DNA from: Pristiophorus japonicus
Lineage: Eukaryota
NCBI RefSeq assembly: GCF_044704955.1
Contig: NC_091995.1
Span: 26,536,001-26,600,000, forward strand
Length of the DNA: 64,000 nt
Reading direction: 5' to 3'
Part shown: piece after piece, positions 63,353 through 64,000 of the stretch
Layout of the letters: every line of letters starts with the position of its first letter
Numbering within the stretch: position 1 is the first letter of the stretch
Made by a program: the position numbers and the translations under genes
Notes under the pieces: generated by a model
Databases searched by the model: none
What the model saw: only the letters and a program-made list of their open reading frames with translations
What the model was told of the DNA's origin: nothing

Positions 63353-63771
63353 AGGAAAAGCCTGTTAAAGGGATGGCACACCATCCAAAAAAATTAGGAG
63401 TAGCATTGGTTACAACCTCTCACTTAGAACCTCTCTTCGAACCTTTCATCCTTGTAAATATTCTTTACAACTTCTCCAGTGCTTCTATGTTCTTTTTATA
63501 ACATGGAGAGCAGAATTGTGCCGAGTACTGCAAATGTGTTCTAACCAAGCTTCTGTACTATGGTTTATGCCCAATGTGGCACAACATGTTATCCTTCTAA
63601 TGATGTATCCTGTTGTGCTCCTCACTGTGGCTCGAAACTCAAGTATTGTGTATATGCTGTCGTGACTGCCCCACAGTTTCATCAGTTGAATATTGATTTG
63701 AGATCCTGTCAGTTTTTCCTTCCCTGCTCAATTGATTGATGCTGGCAATGTGGGCCCCCGGTACCTCTAGA

Positions 63772-64000
63772 GCTTGCATTTATATAGCGCCTTTCGTACC
63801 CTCAAGATGTCCCAAAAGGCTTTACAGCCAGTGAAATATTCTATGAAGTGTAGTCACTGTTGTAATGTAGGAAACGTGGCAGACAATTTACGCACTAAGG
63901 TCTCACAACTGCAATAAAATAATGCCCAGATAATTTTTTTTTTTGTGATGTTGGTTAAGAAATAAATGTTGATCAGGAGAACTCCCCTGCACTTCTTTGA
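63772..64000 (-). mobile_element. Deu-domain SINE (counterpart of 4322-4600)
   Basis: Flank 63490-63770 is the reverse-complement homologue of about 4600-4860. Confidence 0.7.

Overview
Repeat-dense vertebrate genomic DNA. The repeat families (CR1, RTE, Deu-domain SINE, Mag-type Gypsy, Penelope) look elasmobranch/shark-like; the species cannot be fixed from the sequence alone. Among the transposons is a three-copy cluster of a CD2/SLAM/CEACAM/HEPACAM-type immunoglobulin-superfamily gene with a cysteine-less V exon and a C2 exon, all phase 1-1 with GT-AG sites. Copy C (+ strand) has a signal-peptide exon (41802-41862), V (46019-46318) and C2 (55757-56026) that splice in frame; its 3' exon(s) lie beyond the window. 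Copies A (V 8430-8729, C2 5659-5928) and B (V 33180-33453 with a 26-nt frameshifting deletion, C2 17370-17633) are on the - strand, inverted relative to C, and have no recognisable leader exon here. The V-C2 intron is 2.5, 15.5 and 9.4 kb in A, B and C because of nested insertions: three Gypsy elements, a 5'-inverted (twin-primed-like) RTE LINE, CR1s, a solo LTR and a MITE. A second 5'-inverted RTE lies between B and C. Two long G/A-rich tracts flank copy A. Most ORFs in the supplied track are low-complexity or transposon-derived.
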